The notes under the pieces were generated by a model. The model was given only the letters and a program-made list of their open reading frames with translations, had not been told where the DNA came from and searched no databases. Source: Ginglymostoma cirratum (lineage: Eukaryota). Taken from it: a stretch of DNA of 64,000 bases. Of the stretch, positions 25,056 through 37,782 are shown piece by piece. The stretch spans positions 13,117,679 to 13,181,678 of the forward strand of contig JAHRHZ010000018.1 of the NCBI GenBank assembly GCA_024137785.1. Reading direction: 5' to 3'. Each line of letters begins with the position of its first letter. Position 1 is the first letter of the stretch. The translations under genes and the position numbers were made by a program.

Positions 25056-25413
25056 AGAATCATAGATCCCTACAGTGTGGAAACAATTGGCCCAACAAGA
25101 CTACACGACTGCTCTGAACAGCATCTCACACCCTAGAGCCATTCCCCTAACCTTTTCCCTGTAACCCTGCATTTCCCATGGTTAATCCACCTAACTTACA
25201 CACCCCTGGACACCACGGGCAATTTAGCATGGCCAATCCCCCTAACCAGCTCATCTTTGGACTGTAGGAGGAAACCGGAGCACCCGGAGGAAACCCATGC
25301 AGACACAGGGAGAATGTGCAAACTCCACACAGACAGTCACCCGAGGCTGGAATGGAACCCAGGTCCCTGGTGCTGTGAGGCAGCAGTGCTAACCACTGAG
25401 CCACCGTGCCTCC
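25056..25413 (-). mobile_element. HE1 SINE
   Basis: Reverse-complement HE1 head (gcagcagtgctaaccactgagccaccgtgcc) and tail. Confidence 0.92.
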
Positions 25414-26404
25414 TCCTAAGAAATAAAATGAACAATCTTAAGAAAAGTGGATTTTATTATGATAGTTTGTGTTTTGGTATCTTATAATGGGCCTATGTGA
25501 TTTCCAAGAAAAAGATAATGAAACATTTGATTGTTCCCCTAACTATAAGCATGTATGGGTCAATTCTATCCGACCTTGACTGATACACAATACAGAACTC
25601 AAAGTTTGTCATCCTAACAGACTTTGGCATTCTATGCAATTTTCAGGGACCCTTACGTTACTGATTCATGAACTTAAGAAAACTTAAGCCATATCATAAA
25701 ATCATTGCACATATCTATATGTACTATACCACAGAGGCAGCTGCAAATCATTCTCAACCTTTAATCTTGGATTTAAATAGTGTGTTTGAAATGGAAGACA
25801 TGACAGATATATTACTGCTGTGGGATACTGCTATCTATGAAAATGCATTAACTTGTTGAAGGAACACGAATGAAGAGCATGACAGAAACAAAAAGATAGC
25901 TTGTTTGTGAAACTAATTTATTGCGTCACCATAATTATTTCTTGCTAGATTTCCACGAGGAGTTTGAATACATTGTGAACTCAATGTTAGTTCCAGATTG
26001 AAGCAATAGATTCAGACATATCCGAAAGTAGTTTCTCTAGAATGGTGCCACAGACTTTTTTCTTCTTAATCCATTCTTGTTTTCACATTTTTGTAAATAG
26101 TGCGATGCAAGGGAATAACAGAAAGGGCAAACAAACATTGATAGAACAAAAGAAGGGATGTTATCTTAACAATTTGGAAAGGCCAAACAGATTTGGATTC
26201 TTAATTTGGAAAGAGAAAGCTGATGTGTGACCTGCTTGAAGATTGTGAAAGGGTGCGATGATGTGGTTTGCAGAGAAGATATGTCGACCTATGGGATAAA
26301 CCGGAGCTCCAGGCCATTTAGAAACTCAATACAGAACTCAGGAGAATTTATTTTACTGAATAAGAGGTTAGGATGTGGAATCCATTGCGGTATGAGGCAG
26401 GTAT

Positions 26405-26770
26405 CATAAAACATACATAGAAAAGTACAGGCCCCTCGGCCCACGATGTTGTGCTGACCTATTATCCTACTCAGATCAAACTACCCTGTATATCCTACAT
26501 TTTACTATCCTCCATGTGCCTATCCAAGAGTCGCTTAAAAGTCTCTAAAGTATCCAACGCCACTACCACTGCCGGCAGCGCATTCCACACACCCACCACT
26601 CTCTGTGCGAAGAACCCACCTCTGACATCTCCCCTACACCTTCCTCCAGTCACCTTAAAATTATGTCCCCTCGTAATAGTCATTTCTGCCCTTGGAAAAA
26701 GTCTCTGGCTATTCACTCTATCTGTGCCTCTCATCATCTTGTACACCTCAATCAAGTCACATCTCATATC
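26405..26770 (-). mobile_element. CR1 3' end nested in an older plus-strand CR1 fragment (~26130-26960)
   Basis: ORF 26495-26902 reads DLIEVYKMMRGTDRV..TRGHNFKV..FFAQRVVGVWNALP. Confidence 0.85.
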
Positions 26771-29009
26771 ATACAACACGTATTTAAGCCAAGTCAAATA
26801 ACCAGCTAAATGAGATAAAACGTAGAAGAATATGTTGAAAATGTTGAAGAATTGGATGAAGAATGGTGGAAGGAGGCTGGCATGGAGTTTAAATACCATC
26901 ATGGACTTGTTGGGCTGAATGGACTATTGTGAGATGTAGGTTTGATATAATTCTATGTACTCTTAAACCCAGCCTTGGGATTGTGCTCCTGCCACATTTT
27001 GGAATTTGTTAGTTCTCAGTGAATAAAAATTGGAACCTGTTAATTGAAACTGGAGCATTTAATCCAGAGAATAGGAGGTACGGCAAAACCACTAACTATG
27101 ATTGTGAGGCACGGGAGGGGAGGTGGTGAATGGCCACGTTGCTGTTGTGACTAATTCATTTCTCAAGCATTGAATTTAAGAATTTTTGCATGCATTCCAC
27201 ACTTCCCTACATCAGTGCAGCTTGCTTAAAACGAAAAGAGATCAATCAAAAAAGGTGTGGTTTTGGGCAAAGCTGGAATTCAGGGATTTGGTTTCGACAG
27301 AGGGCACTTACCATAAAGGTATGCCTTCTATCAATAGCTGATATGAGCCGTTTGCTGTTCCAGTGTCAACAACTAAAACCCAGTAGATAGGTTTATATAA
27401 ACCAATAAATGAACATACACTTGAGGGGGCACAACTAATTACAACTAAACCATTAATGAAAAGGAATCTAATAAAACAAAATAATAACAATGCTGTCCTA
27501 TTTATCAGTCCATGAGATGTACACTGGTCACAGTAGGATTATCGTTCACTTGAGTCGAGTTTCATCAGCTCTTTGATCAATGTTGGTTACACAAAGCTGA
27601 CTAAAATGTAATGACTTTACAAATTACATTGATAGGGCTGAATGCCCACACTCATGGAGTTAAAGTGGTAATGAACATGGATTATGCCATAGCACCCTGC
27701 GCCAGTCAACCAGTCACTGATTAAGTGCCTTCAGGCATGCACTGTAGATTAATACAAGATTGTAGATGCAAATCTCTCATTCGCTTTCTATTCTGTGAAT
27801 TTTTTCCTCCCTCTGCTTTCTCCCCTCCTTTGCTGAAGCTTTTTTTGGGGTGGGAGGGGGCTTCTAGAGAGTGCAGGTGGTGTTGTTTCCTAGACACTGA
27901 CAGCTCAGTGACATCTCAGCACATGTAAGCACAAAGAGTCCAGGGTGGGGAATCAGGGGGTGGTCTCAAGAGAAACTTCTTGGGTCAAAAGGGATTGTGA
28001 AAATCTGGGGCGCTTTCCCTCACAAAACTCATTGAGGTCTGGTCAACTGAAAGTTTCTAAACTGAGGTTGCTAGATTTTTGTTAGGCATGGTTATGCAGA
28101 GTTAGCAAGCCATGTTCAAAGAACATTGGAACAGGCTCAAGCAGGTGAATGGGCTATTCCTGCTCCTAATGCCCCCAAGCTGTCAGCCTATTCTAGCACA
28201 CTGGGGCCATTGTAACAAAGTCCATGGCTCTAAGAACCAGGGCTCTCCTGGACCTTTCACAGAGATGCAACGTTGATGGCAATGGGATTTTACGCAGAAT
28301 TTCTGGTGAAGTTAGCTCAAAGCAAAGTGAGCTCCGGGAAATTTCAACACATCCAGCCTCTTACAAACCTCTTGCTGAACTAAGCAGTGACTGCAACGAA
28401 TCTGATCAGTATGACTATCTGCATTCATTTGTCAGGCTTCACTTCAATGATAGATTCGTGCAATTAATAAGTTTAAGTTATCAAATTGCACTGGAGATGA
28501 TCTTCGTGAGTTGCATTCATTACTGTGGTGTTGTTAAGAAATCTTTATACTGTCATTTCCTTTAAGTGTCAAATACTGCAGTCTCACTTTACTGCAGGAC
28601 AAAAGCAAACACAGGAATGAATTGAGGTTGTAGTTGGGACACATTTTGCATTTGGGCTCCAGTGAGTCTCGCTTTAATAGTAAATAGAAACCAAAACTGA
28701 GGAACTGACTGGCTAGAAGAATGGACTGAGGGGCAGAATTGTAAATGTAAGGTACAAATTAAGTTTGGTTGTTATAGCGAAGCTATGAGGACTCTTTCCA
28801 TTTGTTAACAATTGCACATAATTGGGTAAAACCCACAGGGTAGTTGCATTAACAAGTGTGCTCAGACCTGGGCTGAACGTTGCAAAAAGTAGCCTGTGAT
28901 GAGGGTCCGAAAATAGGACATTTGCCAGGGATCGTTGCACTTGTTTAGGGGCACATTTATCTCAGTTAATGGGGTTTTTGTCAGGAGACAAAAGTAAGAA
29001 TTAGCAGTA

Positions 29010-29513
29010 ATGCATAGGAAGGATGTTGTTAAACTTGAAAGGGTTCAGAAAAGATTTACAAGGATGTTGCCAGGGTTGGAGGGTTTGAGCTATAGGGAGA
29101 GGCTGAGTAGGCTGGGACTATTTTCTCTGGAGTGTCAGAGGCTGAGGGGTGATATAGAGGTTTATAAAATCATGGGGTGCATGGATAGGGTGAATAGCCA
29201 AGGTCTTTTTCATATAGTAGAGGAGTCCCAACCTAGAGGTCATGGGTTTAAGGTGAGAAGGGAAAGATTTAAAAAGAACCTAAGAATAACTTTTACATGC
29301 AGACGGTGGTGCGTGTATGGAAGTAACTGCCAGGCGAAGTGGTGGAGGTGGGTACAATTACACCATTTAAAAGGCATTTGGGTGGATACATGAATGGATG
29401 GGTTTGGAAGGATATGGGCTAAATGCTGGCAAATGGAACAAGATCAGCTTAGGAGACCTGGTGAGCGTGGACAAGTTGGACTGAAGAGTCTTGTTTCTGT
29501 ACTGTACAACTCT
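29010..29513 (+). mobile_element. CR1 LINE 3' end
   Basis: KDVVKLERVQKRFTRMLPGLEGLSYRERLSRLGL. Tail gtttctgtactgtacaactcta. Confidence 0.9.
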
Positions 29514-30974
29514 AAGTTAGCACTTTCCAGGGTCATTGCCAGTTGATGGCATATGTTTAAAGATTGTTGTTTAAATCCAGAGGTGACCAAAGTGATTGTT
29601 GTAGGTTTGGAGTTTGAAGTAAGAAATGCAGACCAGTATTTGAATTAGTATTAGGGTAAAAGGTAATTGTTTTAAGATGAAATGTTGGGAAACTTTAAGA
29701 AGCTGTTTTCAGCAGTAAGCATGCAGCAGTGGCTGCAAAGTATGTATCTTAAGAGAGAGAGTAAAACACAAGTAGCTGAGAAATGTGAAACCAATCAGTT
29801 AAGATGGACTTGAAAATTAGAATTGAAGTCTTAAAGTTACAAAGGAGTGTTGCACGTATGTTAGAGTTAAGTTGACAAAATTTTGAAGGATGCGATGAGT
29901 CAAGAGAACAGGTTTAAGGCACCAATAAGCAAAGATCCCACAAATCCCAAGATACATAGGAAAGACTGATCTGACTGACCAGCATCAAACTCTTCTTACC
30001 TTGAGCAGTCGAATGTAAAGTCTTAATCTTTGTTGTCAAACAAACTTTGTTAGTTTACATTCTACATTAACTATTGTCCTTTTTGATAATGAGGTCATTC
30101 CCCAAGATGAATTTTTGTGCTCTGGAGTTCAGTATAGAGTCTAAATTCAAACACTCTTGTCCACCGGGATATTCCCATAATATATTGATGTGATGAAGTC
30201 AAGGTAACTGTGATCCAAGCAAACTGAATACCATGAGCATTAACCTACGATGAGTAATGTGTGATTAGTTCACTGATTTCTAATGTGTTTACCTTTGCCA
30301 GTTACACTTCCTCATTAGGCTCAGATCCTTGGACTGTAACCAGTGTAAGAGAGGACTCAACACCCTTCATCTCAGCCATCTTGCTAAGGGGCTTCTTATT
30401 CGGACAGAAAATAAGGAGTTGGTGGTACAGCACTTGCTGATGGGTTACAATCATTTCACCTTTGGCAAGATGTCAGGAGAATGAATGTGGACAAGACCTC
30501 AGCAGTCACCTCACATTTGGCAGTTCACAGATCAAAGCTTTCCCTCTAAGTGAGGGAACCATTAATGAGTGACACCCCCAATACCGATGCAGATTTTGTG
30601 GGCTCTTTTTATTTGGAAACATCAGAAATGCAAGACCCAACACTGGGTGCACAGCTTTTATGAGTAGGTATACATTTTACTACTGGAAATATTACTAATA
30701 TTTGAATATCAAGTCCCCTCTAACATTTTCCAACCATTAAAAAGTAGGAGTATCAGGGTCACAAACAAAGCATTCTCAAAGTTGTGTCCTTATTATACAG
30801 TTCAGTAAGTGATGCGGCCCTGAAAAATACAGAGTGGCTGCACTTTCAATTCTTGGCTGCTCTCAGTTTGAATAGTGATGGAGATGTTGCAGGTAACTCT
30901 TGCATTTCCAAAGTAGGGCAATAGGTGAAGGAAAATGAAACTTCCTAGGACATCCTTTGAAAACCAAGTATGGT

Positions 30975-31225
30975 TTTCATTGACATAGCACCTCTCTTGA
31001 CTTCACCACATCCAAAGCTGTTAAGTGCCAATGAAGTCATTCTGATGAGTAGTTATTGTTTGCAAAGCAAGCTCCCAAGTTAAGATAATGACCAGGCCTT
31101 TGTTTTTGATGGTTGAGAGATAAATGTTGACAAGGGGTGACCCCTGTTCTTTGAAATAGGGTCATTGAATACTTTACATTCCATCTAAGAGAGTTCCGTG
31201 GTTTGACATCACATCTGAAGCTTTC
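30975..31225 (-). mobile_element. Old Deu-type SINE (SacSINE1-like) fragment
   Basis: gccaatgaagt..gcaagctccca..ataatgaccag..ggttgagagataaatgttg..cccctgttctttgaaatag; same family as 63170-63600. Confidence 0.55.
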
Positions 31226-32434
31226 TGTTGTGGATCGTTCCGGCAGGACGTGAGAGTAATGGGTTTTAAGTCCTCCACTGTTGAATGATCTCCTATATTC
31301 TCCATCCTGAATTGTTCATAACAAAATGACTATTTGCATAAGTTACTAGATGGTAACCGACCCTGTGAAACGCACTTCACGATAATTCATTTAGTGGTAG
31401 ATAGCGAATCTGTTTTATTCCCTGGGACTTGACATTGTAAATTTATGCATGTAAGGAGATATTTTGACTAATGCCAGTTAATTAGCAAATAAAACTAGCA
31501 TACTGTGTAAAATCAAATTATGATTTTTGGTGCCCTTTTCAAACATGAGTCCCACAATGTAATCAATGTGGTTCTTCAGCAAGACATTGATTAATAAAAT
31601 TAAGATGCATCCAGGCCCACAATGCACAGTGCAATATTAAGGATGCACAAGTGTGATTGCAATAGCAAGTAAATAATTGATACATTGATAAATTGACAAA
31701 TAATTGATATTAAGTTAATATTAATATTTAATTATCGAGAAAGACTGCAAGAAAGGTACGAGTGTAAGCCATTGGAACTTGTTAAATCTCAGTTCCAAAC
31801 AAAAAATCAATTCGCATTTCACTGAAAGGAGAAAACCAGCCTGGCAAGCACCTGTTGCAGTGACGGATGGGCAGAGCTGAAGCTCAGTGTGTCTGGGAGG
31901 GTTTCACAGACTTTCATCAATTCAGCCCACATGAGCAGCAAATCCCCAAACCAAAGCACGGGGGAACGCTCTTAGTTATTGAAACATGAGGTACATGCTG
32001 AGTAAAATTCTTTATATTAGAATCGTATGTGATACCAGTACAGAAAGAAGCCATTCGGCCCATCACATCCTTGCCAAATCTCTGAAACTGATATTCAATT
32101 AGACCTGTACGCCTGTTCTTTTCCAAAACCCGATGCACCTTTTATTTTAACATCCGTTGTCAAGCTTGCACCTCAGACTGATCTCAGATTATATTCACAG
32201 GAGAGTAAGGTTGCAACACTGGGTTAGAAACCCAAACATTACCAATTCATAATCCCACTAAAATATGTGGTCAAAAAATGAATTTGTTGGCATGCACTAA
32301 AGTAGCAGCAAGAAAATAAATGTGAAAGCTGTAGGTTCGTCACTAAAAGCTCACCCTAACTTAAGGAAGAGAAAATGTCATTCTTTCTTCAGTTGCAGCT
32401 TTTTAAAGCAACTAGGGGCTGGACAATAGATGTC

Positions 32435-32770
32435 TCTCAGTGGAGAAGATGTTTCCACAAGTAGGAGAGACTAGGAGATGAGGAGACAGCCCCAGAGTGA
32501 AAGGACGATGCTTTAGAACTGAGATGAGGAAGAATTTCTTCAGCCAGAGAGGGTGGTTAATCTGTGGAATTGATTGCCACAGAGGGCTGTGAAGACCAGG
32601 TCATTGAGTATATTTGAGACAGAGGTAGATAGGTTCTGGATTGGTAAGGGGATCAAGGGTTACGGGGGAAGGCAGGAGAATGGGGTGGAAAAACGTATCA
32701 GCCATGATCGAATGGCAGAGCAGACTTGATGGACAGAATGGCCTAATTCTGCTCCTATATCTTATGGTCT
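32435..32770 (+). mobile_element. CR1 LINE 3' end
   Basis: tttagaactgagatgaggaagaatttcttcagccagag and the same tail as 19770-19900. Confidence 0.88.
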
Positions 32771-35221
32771 AATTCCAATGGTTAAATAAAACAATCAGCT
32801 GCCGTTGCACCAGTGTGCCATTTCTTTCCGATTTCTCAGATGAACATGTCCTTGAAGTTTGCCTGAGTGACATTCCCTGGTTTCTGGCAGTCGATGCAAA
32901 ATCATTGACAGTTTGATGCTATGAACTGAAGCTGATATAGACTCCTTTAATCCAGGATGAGTTCATTCACATAGAGCCCAGATGGCCAGCACAGGACATA
33001 GGAACACGGAGCGGGGTGGGACTGGTGGTGGTGGGACTTGAGCTGGGGTGTTGTCAGGAGGGTAGAGTTGGTGAATGGCGAGGAGATAGGTGACACAGTC
33101 TCCATGTGGACTAGTTTGGAACAGCATGGAGGAGATGGGATGGAACAAGTTATAACTGAGAAATCATACTGCAATTTTAAAGCTGTTCTCGTACCCGGCA
33201 CAATCACAATGGATCAAACAGCCTTCTGTGTTTTACAATTCTACAACACAAAGCTGAGATCATCAGGTTAAGAAGGAGAATTCCGAATGGGAGGTGTAGC
33301 AAGGGGGAAATGGTTGGTAGAGCTGGCAGAAGGTCTTATGCTTAATTTTAATATTTAATATAAATTATTTGGTGTTTTGAAGAAAGTGGGGAGAAGGAAA
33401 CTGCACATTGCAACCTTCCTTAAAAATAAATTTTCAATAATAAGCCACTTTTGACTGTCAATGAAAATCAAGAGGTACACCCTCACGTAGCTCCACATAC
33501 AAAAACATGCCAGCAATCCAAACAAAATATTCCACTAAATTCCCTCACCAGAGCTGCAAAATGATGACTAATTTGAAGGTTAATGGAGCATAAATGTGCT
33601 AAAGGGTCAAGCAACAAAAATAGGATCAAATTACCATCTGCTTTATTTCATTTCAAGTGATCACCTGCTTTGGCCCTTGGCACCAAGACTGTGTAGGTCA
33701 GAAATTACAGCATGTAATTGCGTGCTGTGTTCTGGCCTGGCATTTCTGGAATCTCCTGCACACCCCTCTGTTTTCAATACCTTTGGTAGATCCAAAAGTG
33801 CTCTCAGCTGTTTAGGTCCTAAGCTCCTGCCCTAACCTCTCTGACTGTCCATCTCTCTCGCTCTTCTCCTTTAAGACACACAGTCTTTCATTCACCCTTT
33901 GGTGGCCAGTCCCACTATTGCCTTATCAGCTTTGATGTCAACTTCTGTTTGCAAAATTGAAAGCACCTTGCGAGGTTTCACTGGGGAAAAGACACTACAT
34001 AACTATAAGTTACTTGTGTTTAGAATAAGGGTCAGGTCTCTTGGTGATCGTCTGAAGGTTGATTTCTTTAGTTAGGTTTCTGGTAGATGGCGACATTCAG
34101 TCTCCCAATCCCACCCCAATTCTACGGTGGTCTGACAGAGGGAGCTTTCTGAGGAACTCTATGCTCCACATTTCCAGAGAACCCGGCTCAAAAAACCAGG
34201 CAAAAAATGTGCAGAAGAGTTGAGGGTTTTCAAGTACGGAGGCAAATCAGTATTGATCGCCACCCTACGGATGATACAGCCTGTTATTTCTGCCTGTTGA
34301 ATTACAGCTGGAAGCATCTGGAAATCCTACAGAGGTTTTTAACTTCACTTTCCACATGAAGTTGGTAATTATATCTGCGTTGTAAGTGTTTAAAAATCAT
34401 GAGGGCGCTAGGAAATAAATAGAAAAAATGAGATTTAATTTGAATTATATTAATTGAATCATTACAATTAAACACACTGAAGCAGTATCCTACCTGCTCA
34501 TATGCCAGTATTTACACACTTAAATGAGCCGGGCGTGCTACCAGAACAGAATTACCAATCAAAATAAACAGTTCAGTTCGTGGATTGGGTGAAAACTGAA
34601 GACCTGTATCTCATTAAGGGACATTGTATCGAAGCCGTTCAATCATGACATTCTGAATCCGTGTTCGAGCCACTTTAAGGAAGTTAACATTTACTTCCCG
34701 TTGTAACTACATATTGCTGTACTTGCCAAAGGGTGTACGCTGATTGCTCTGTCGTTGTTTGTGAGCTCTTCCTTAAACGGAGAACAGTATTGTGATATGG
34801 CACAGGGACAGTCAATACTGAAAACTCATATAGTGAGTCTTAGTGTCTAAGGGAATTGAGCTGGTTCCATCCAGCATCGAGACACTAATCACTCAGAACC
34901 ATCTCTGTACAATGCAATGCTGTTTACACGCGTGACACCAGACTCCCAAAGCAATTGCTGTACTCAGAACTCAGTCCCAGCAGGAGATTCCCAGGAGCAA
35001 ATCAGAAACACTCTAAGGATCTCCTCAAAGCATCCTTGAAGAGATCAAACATCTCCACAGACTCATAGGAGACCCTAGCTTGTGACTGATCATTAGACCC
35101 ACTAGGTTCACTCCTTACATCTATTATAATTGTTCTACTCTTTTAACTCTCAATTGTGAATCTGTCAGAATTACTAACAATGCTCTATTAAATGTACTTT
35201 CAGGTCTGGCAATATCGCGGC

Positions 35222-36830
35222 AAACAAAGAACAAAGAAAATTACAGCACAGGAACAGGCCCTTCGGCCCACCAAGCCTGCGCCGATCCAGATCCTCTATC
35301 TAAACCTGTTGCCTATTTTTGAAGGATCTGTATCCCTCTGCTCCCTGCCCATTCATGTATCTGTCGAGATACATCTTAAATGACACTATCGTGTCTGCCT
35401 CTACCACCTCCACTGGCAATGCGTTCCAGGCACCCACCACCCTCTGCATAAAGAACTTTCCACGCATATCTCCCTTAAACTTTTCCCCTCTCACCTTGAA
35501 ATCGTGACCCCTAGTGATTGAGTCCCCCATTCTGGGAAAAAGCTTCTTGCTATCTACCCTGTCTATACGTCTCATGATTTTGTAGACCTCAATCAGGTTC
35601 CTCTCCAACTCCATCTTTCTAATGTAAATAATCCTAATCTACTCAACTTCTCTTCATAGCTAGCACCCTCCATACCAGGCAACATCCTTGTGAACCTCCT
35701 CTGCACCCTCTCCAAAGCATCCACATCCTTTTGGTAATGTGGCAACCAGAACTGTACGCAGTAGTCCAAATGTAGTCGAACCAAAGACCTATACAACTGT
35801 AACATGGCCTGCCAACTCTTGTACTCAGTACCCCTTCCGATGAATGAAAGCATGCCGTATGCCTTATTGACGACTCTATCGAACTGCATTGCCACCTTCA
35901 GGGTATAATGGACCTGAACATCCAGATCTTTCTGTGCATCAATTTTCCCCAGGGCTTTTCCATTTACTGTATAGTTCGCTCTTGAACTGGATCTTCCAAA
36001 ATGCATCACCTTGCAGTTGCCTGGATTGAACTCCATCTGCCATTTCTCTGTCCAACTCTCCAATCTATCTATATTCTGCTGCATTCTCCGACAGTCCCCT
36101 TCACTATCTGCTACTCCACGAATCTTAGTGTCATCTGCAAACTTGCTAATCAGACCATCTATACCTTCCTCCAAATCATTTACGTATATCACAAACAACA
36201 GTGGTCCCAACACAGATCCCTGTGGAACACCACTGGTCACAGTTCTCCATTTTGAGAAACTCCCTTCCACTACAACTCTCTGTCTCCTGTTACCCAGCCA
36301 GTTCTCTATCCATCTAGCTAGTACACCCTGGACCCCATGCAACTTCACTTTCTCCATCAGCCTACCATGGGGAACCTTATCAAACGCTTTTCTGAAGTGC
36401 ACGTATATGACATCCACAGCCCTTCCCTCATTTATCAACTTTGTTACTTCTTCAAAGAATTCTATCAAGTTGGTAAGACATGATCTTCCCTGTACAAAAC
36501 CATGCTGCCTATCACTAATAAGCCCATTTTCTTCCAAATGTAAATAGATCCTATCCCTCAGTTCTTCTCCAGCAGTTTCCCCACCACTGATGTCAGGGTC
36601 ACTGGTCTATAATTACCTGGATTATCCTTGCTACCCTTCTTAAACAAGGGGACAACATTAGCAATGCTCCAGTCCTCCGGGACCTCACCCTTTCTCAAGG
36701 ATGCTGCAAAGATATCTGTTAAGGCCCCAGCTATATCCTCTCTCGCTTCCCTCAGTAACCTGGGATAGATCCTATCCAGACCTGTGGACTTGTCCACCCT
36801 AATGCCTTTTAGAATACCCAACACTTCCCC
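35222..36830 (-). mobile_element. Relatively young 5'-truncated CR1 LINE
   Basis: Three near-contiguous frameshifted ORFs (36558-36824, 35593-36537, 35300-35614). Tail of gttctttg-like repeats. Confidence 0.95.
35593..36537 (-). pseudogene. CR1 ORF2 reverse transcriptase domain (314-aa open segment)
   Basis: QHGFVQGRSCLTNL, KAFDKVPH, SGVPQGSVLGPLLFVIYVNDL and KFADDTK. Confidence 0.93.
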
Positions 36831-37500
36831 AACACTTCAACCTTCAGGAACAACCAACACCCCCCTTCCCCAACTGGGTTGATCTGGCAGAGACCAGAGA
36901 CCGGATTCAGAGTGCCTGGCTACATGCCTTCCCCCTCTTCCATTGGGCAGAAGATACAGAAGTTTGAAAACACGTACCAACAGATTTAAGGACAATTTCT
37001 TCCCTGCTGTTATCAGACTTTTGAATGAATCGCTCATCTGTTAGAGTTGATATTTCACTGCATCTTTTCTGAAGCTGTGGCGCGATATTCTGTATTCTGT
37101 TCTATCGCAGATCATAGTGTCTCAGTGGTTAGCACTGCCGCCTCACAGCACCAGGGACCTGGGTTCGATTCTACTGTTGCGCGACCATCTGTGTGGAGTT
37201 TGTACATTCTCCCCGTGTTTATGTGGATTTCCTCTGGGTGCTCTGGTTTCCTCCCACAGTCCAAAGATGTGCAGGCTAGGTGGATTATTCATGCTAAATT
37301 GCCCATAGTGTTTAGGGATGGGTCTGAGTGGGATGCTCTGAGGGTCAGTGTAGACTTGTTGGGCTGAAGGGCCTGTTTCCACACTTTGGCGATTCTATGA
37401 TGTGTTCATGTAAGGTATGATTTGCCTGGTTAGCACGCAAAGCAATACTTTTCACTGTGTCTCAGTACATGTGACAATAATGAATCAAGTCAGATCAAAT
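36831..37500 (+). mobile_element. Rex1/Babar LINE 3' end, interrupted by HE1
   Basis: 36930-37027 translates to FPPLPLGRRYRSLKTRTNRFKDNFFPAVIRLLN (Rex1 C-terminus). Tail ttttcactgtgtctcagtacatgtgacaataa. Confidence 0.8.
37108..37400 (+). mobile_element. HE1 SINE
   Basis: HE1 head, core and tail. Confidence 0.9.
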
Positions 37501-37544
37501 AATACATCAGGAAGGCATTGTGCTCATTGAGAGACGTCACAGAG

Positions 37545-37620
37545 ACCACACAAAGACGCAAACAGAAGTTGGTGGAAAAGCTCAGCAGGTCTGGCAGCAT
37601 CTGTGACCCTTTCTCAGAAC
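37545..37620 (-). mobile_element. Penelope-like family B end, internally deleted
   Basis: aaacagaagttggtggaaaagctcagcaggtctggcagcatctgtgaccctttctcagaac ends at the same cagaac boundary as the other copies. Confidence 0.7.
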
Positions 37621-37782
37621 AGAAGTGTTGGAGAGAGTGCGCTACAACGCATCTACCTGATCTTCAGGCATTGCGTATAGTGGAGTCTGCAGGAACTGCC
37701 TTGAATTTATCAGCCACACTAACATGAACTGAACTGGAGTGGAAACAAGTTGTCCTCGATCCTGAGGGATTATCTAAGAAGC
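37621..37782 (+). mobile_element. RTE LINE 3' end remnant
   Basis: Degenerate C-terminal Cys/His segment and tail caagttgtcctcgatcctgagggattatctaagaag. Confidence 0.5.

Noticed and set aside
28458-28505. AATTGCAC, a miR-92/363/367-like seed, in a hairpin
   Set aside because: The seed lies at the base of the stem and the following sequence is unpaired, so the geometry is not that of a pre-miRNA.
29600-30182. Possible solo LTR ending gggat..cataata like the Gypsy LTR end
   Set aside because: No convincing TSD or homology within the window.
34079-34096. CTCF-like motif ctggtagatggcga
   Set aside because: It mismatches the 5' core (CTGG versus CCAG) and is a single weak hit.
36011-36547. 178-aa plus-strand ORF
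   Set aside because: It is the antisense shadow of the CR1 RT.
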